DNA of 64,000 nt from contig CM060733.1 in NCBI GenBank assembly GCA_030704615.1, forward strand, positions 9,548,001 to 9,612,000, in the 5' to 3' direction. The notes under the pieces were generated by a model. It saw only the letters and a list, made by a program, of their open reading frames with translations. It searched no databases and was not told the origin of the DNA. Positions 62,804-64,000 of this stretch are shown one piece after another (positions within the stretch are counted from its first letter, which is position 1; every line of letters starts with the position of its first letter). This stretch comes from Takakia lepidozioides (lineage: Eukaryota; Plantae; Bryophyta). A program made the translations under genes and the position numbers.

Positions 62804-64000
62804 ATGGCAGCGTGCTCGGGCGTTCTACTGAGCGCCCCTGTGGACTCCATATCCAAGGGCCTCACTTCTGGTTGGGCGAGCGACCTCACATCATGTGGCA
62901 GATTAAGTGGCTGGGCTGTGGAGCTGAAAGCGGCATCCTCCTTGGCAGTGTTCCCAGGACCAAGTTCCTTGCAAATGGTGGCGATGGCGCCTTCCGAGCC
63001 TTTTGGGCTACCGATGAAAGGTAATCACTAATTGCACGAAACACTTCGCAGCCACTGTGCTGTATGCACCGTGGGATGTAGGCTTGGAAGTTCCTGTTGA
63101 GCTATCTAGTGGAAGTAATCGAACCTAGTCGACGAAGCACGGAGATGGTCATACGCTATAATAGACACCGTTGCCCTCTTGAAACTTTTGGCATATCTGG
63201 GACGCAGGTCAACGCTGGAGCATGAAACAGCGCTGGCAGGAGTTCTTTAAAGATCCTTCACAATGGTGGAACTACGACGCCGACAAGGTGCCCATTCCTC
63301 CTCTAGGATGCGAAGGAGTCTGTCAAGGAGGACTGGATTGTACTCTTAGTTGTCGAGTTAAGTTGGAATCCCTGCTTGTTCTGCAAAAACCACTCTTACT
63401 GTCTTAGCTTGTTCTTCCTCAGCAGGGCATGAGAATGGGGTGCGCAAAGTTTCGTTCCTGGAGTTTGCAAGGTCTTGATGGTTGGAGCTTGGCCTTAGGA
63501 AGCTGTCGGTGAAACTATGGCTGCTCAGCTGCACCCTGGTGGTTTTCACAGACCAATCCAAGATCAGTGGACTACAAACATAAGCAGCACGCACAAGAGG
63601 GCCTTTGGATTCAGGGTTGGTTGAATCCTCCTTGGGTGAAAGAGAAGGTAGCTGCTGCAATGACAGAACATCAAGAAGAATGTGGTGAGGATCCCTTCTT
63701 CTTCAAAGCGTTGTTTTGTCCTGTTATCAGATTCGCATCTGCTTTTTCATCATGGGTTTTGTAACTTAGCTTGTTGGGTGGATCTATGGTGGCTCTGAGT
63801 GATTTTGACATCTGGGGTTGCAGGGAAAGACATGAAATCCAAATACAGAGACAAGGAGAACTCTGGAAGGAATGTGTTCCAAACCTTTGGCAAAGATGGG
63901 ACAATCAAGGTAGAAAGGTGATTGCCTGCTATGTTACTGAAGAAGCAGACAACAAGATGCATTGGAAAACTTCGCCGCTCTTTGTCATATTCTCCTCTCT
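62804..64000 (+). CDS. 5' part of family copy C (transit-peptide exon + PDF-motif exons); runs off the window, possibly frameshifted
   Basis: Exons 62804-63020, 63208-63287 (WSMKQRWQEFFKDPSQWWNYDADK), 63552-63684 (TNPRSVDYKHKQHAQEGLWIQGWLNPPWVKEKV) and 63824-63917 (apparent 1-nt deletion). Exons and introns are homologous to copies A and B. The PPR exon is not in the window. Confidence 0.8.

Overview
Repeat-rich nuclear DNA from a plant, probably seed-free (bryophyte/lycophyte-like, inferred from the PLS-DYW PPR genes and retroelement types). Host genes: a 7-exon UBR7-like E3 ligase (- strand, 5145-10603), a frameshifted CASP-like gene (about 60.1-60.8 kb), and a family of PLS-E-DYW RNA-editing PPR genes (two full copies at 11.1-16.8 kb and 24.7-29.5 kb, the 5' part of a third at 62.8-64 kb, and an inverted pseudogene at 32.8-34.0 kb). 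Main finding: the small upstream exons of these PPR genes, which the ORF track cannot join, splice in frame into a putative transit peptide plus 2-3 tandem PDF motifs. PDF is the ssDNA-binding motif of the organellar OSB/PTAC9 proteins, and here it is fused to the PPR array and an intact DYW cytidine deaminase domain. Second finding: a Ty3/gypsy fragment at 34.7-36.3 kb carries a DNMT3/DRM-like cytosine methyltransferase C-terminal half in frame with its reverse transcriptase. Other repeats: a 12.8-kb full-length Ty3 element with TSD and a large extra 3' ORF, chromovirus, copia and LINE remnants, a piggyBac-like TIR element and a CTAGTGG-rich array. All calls come from reading the sequence by eye; no database searches were run.
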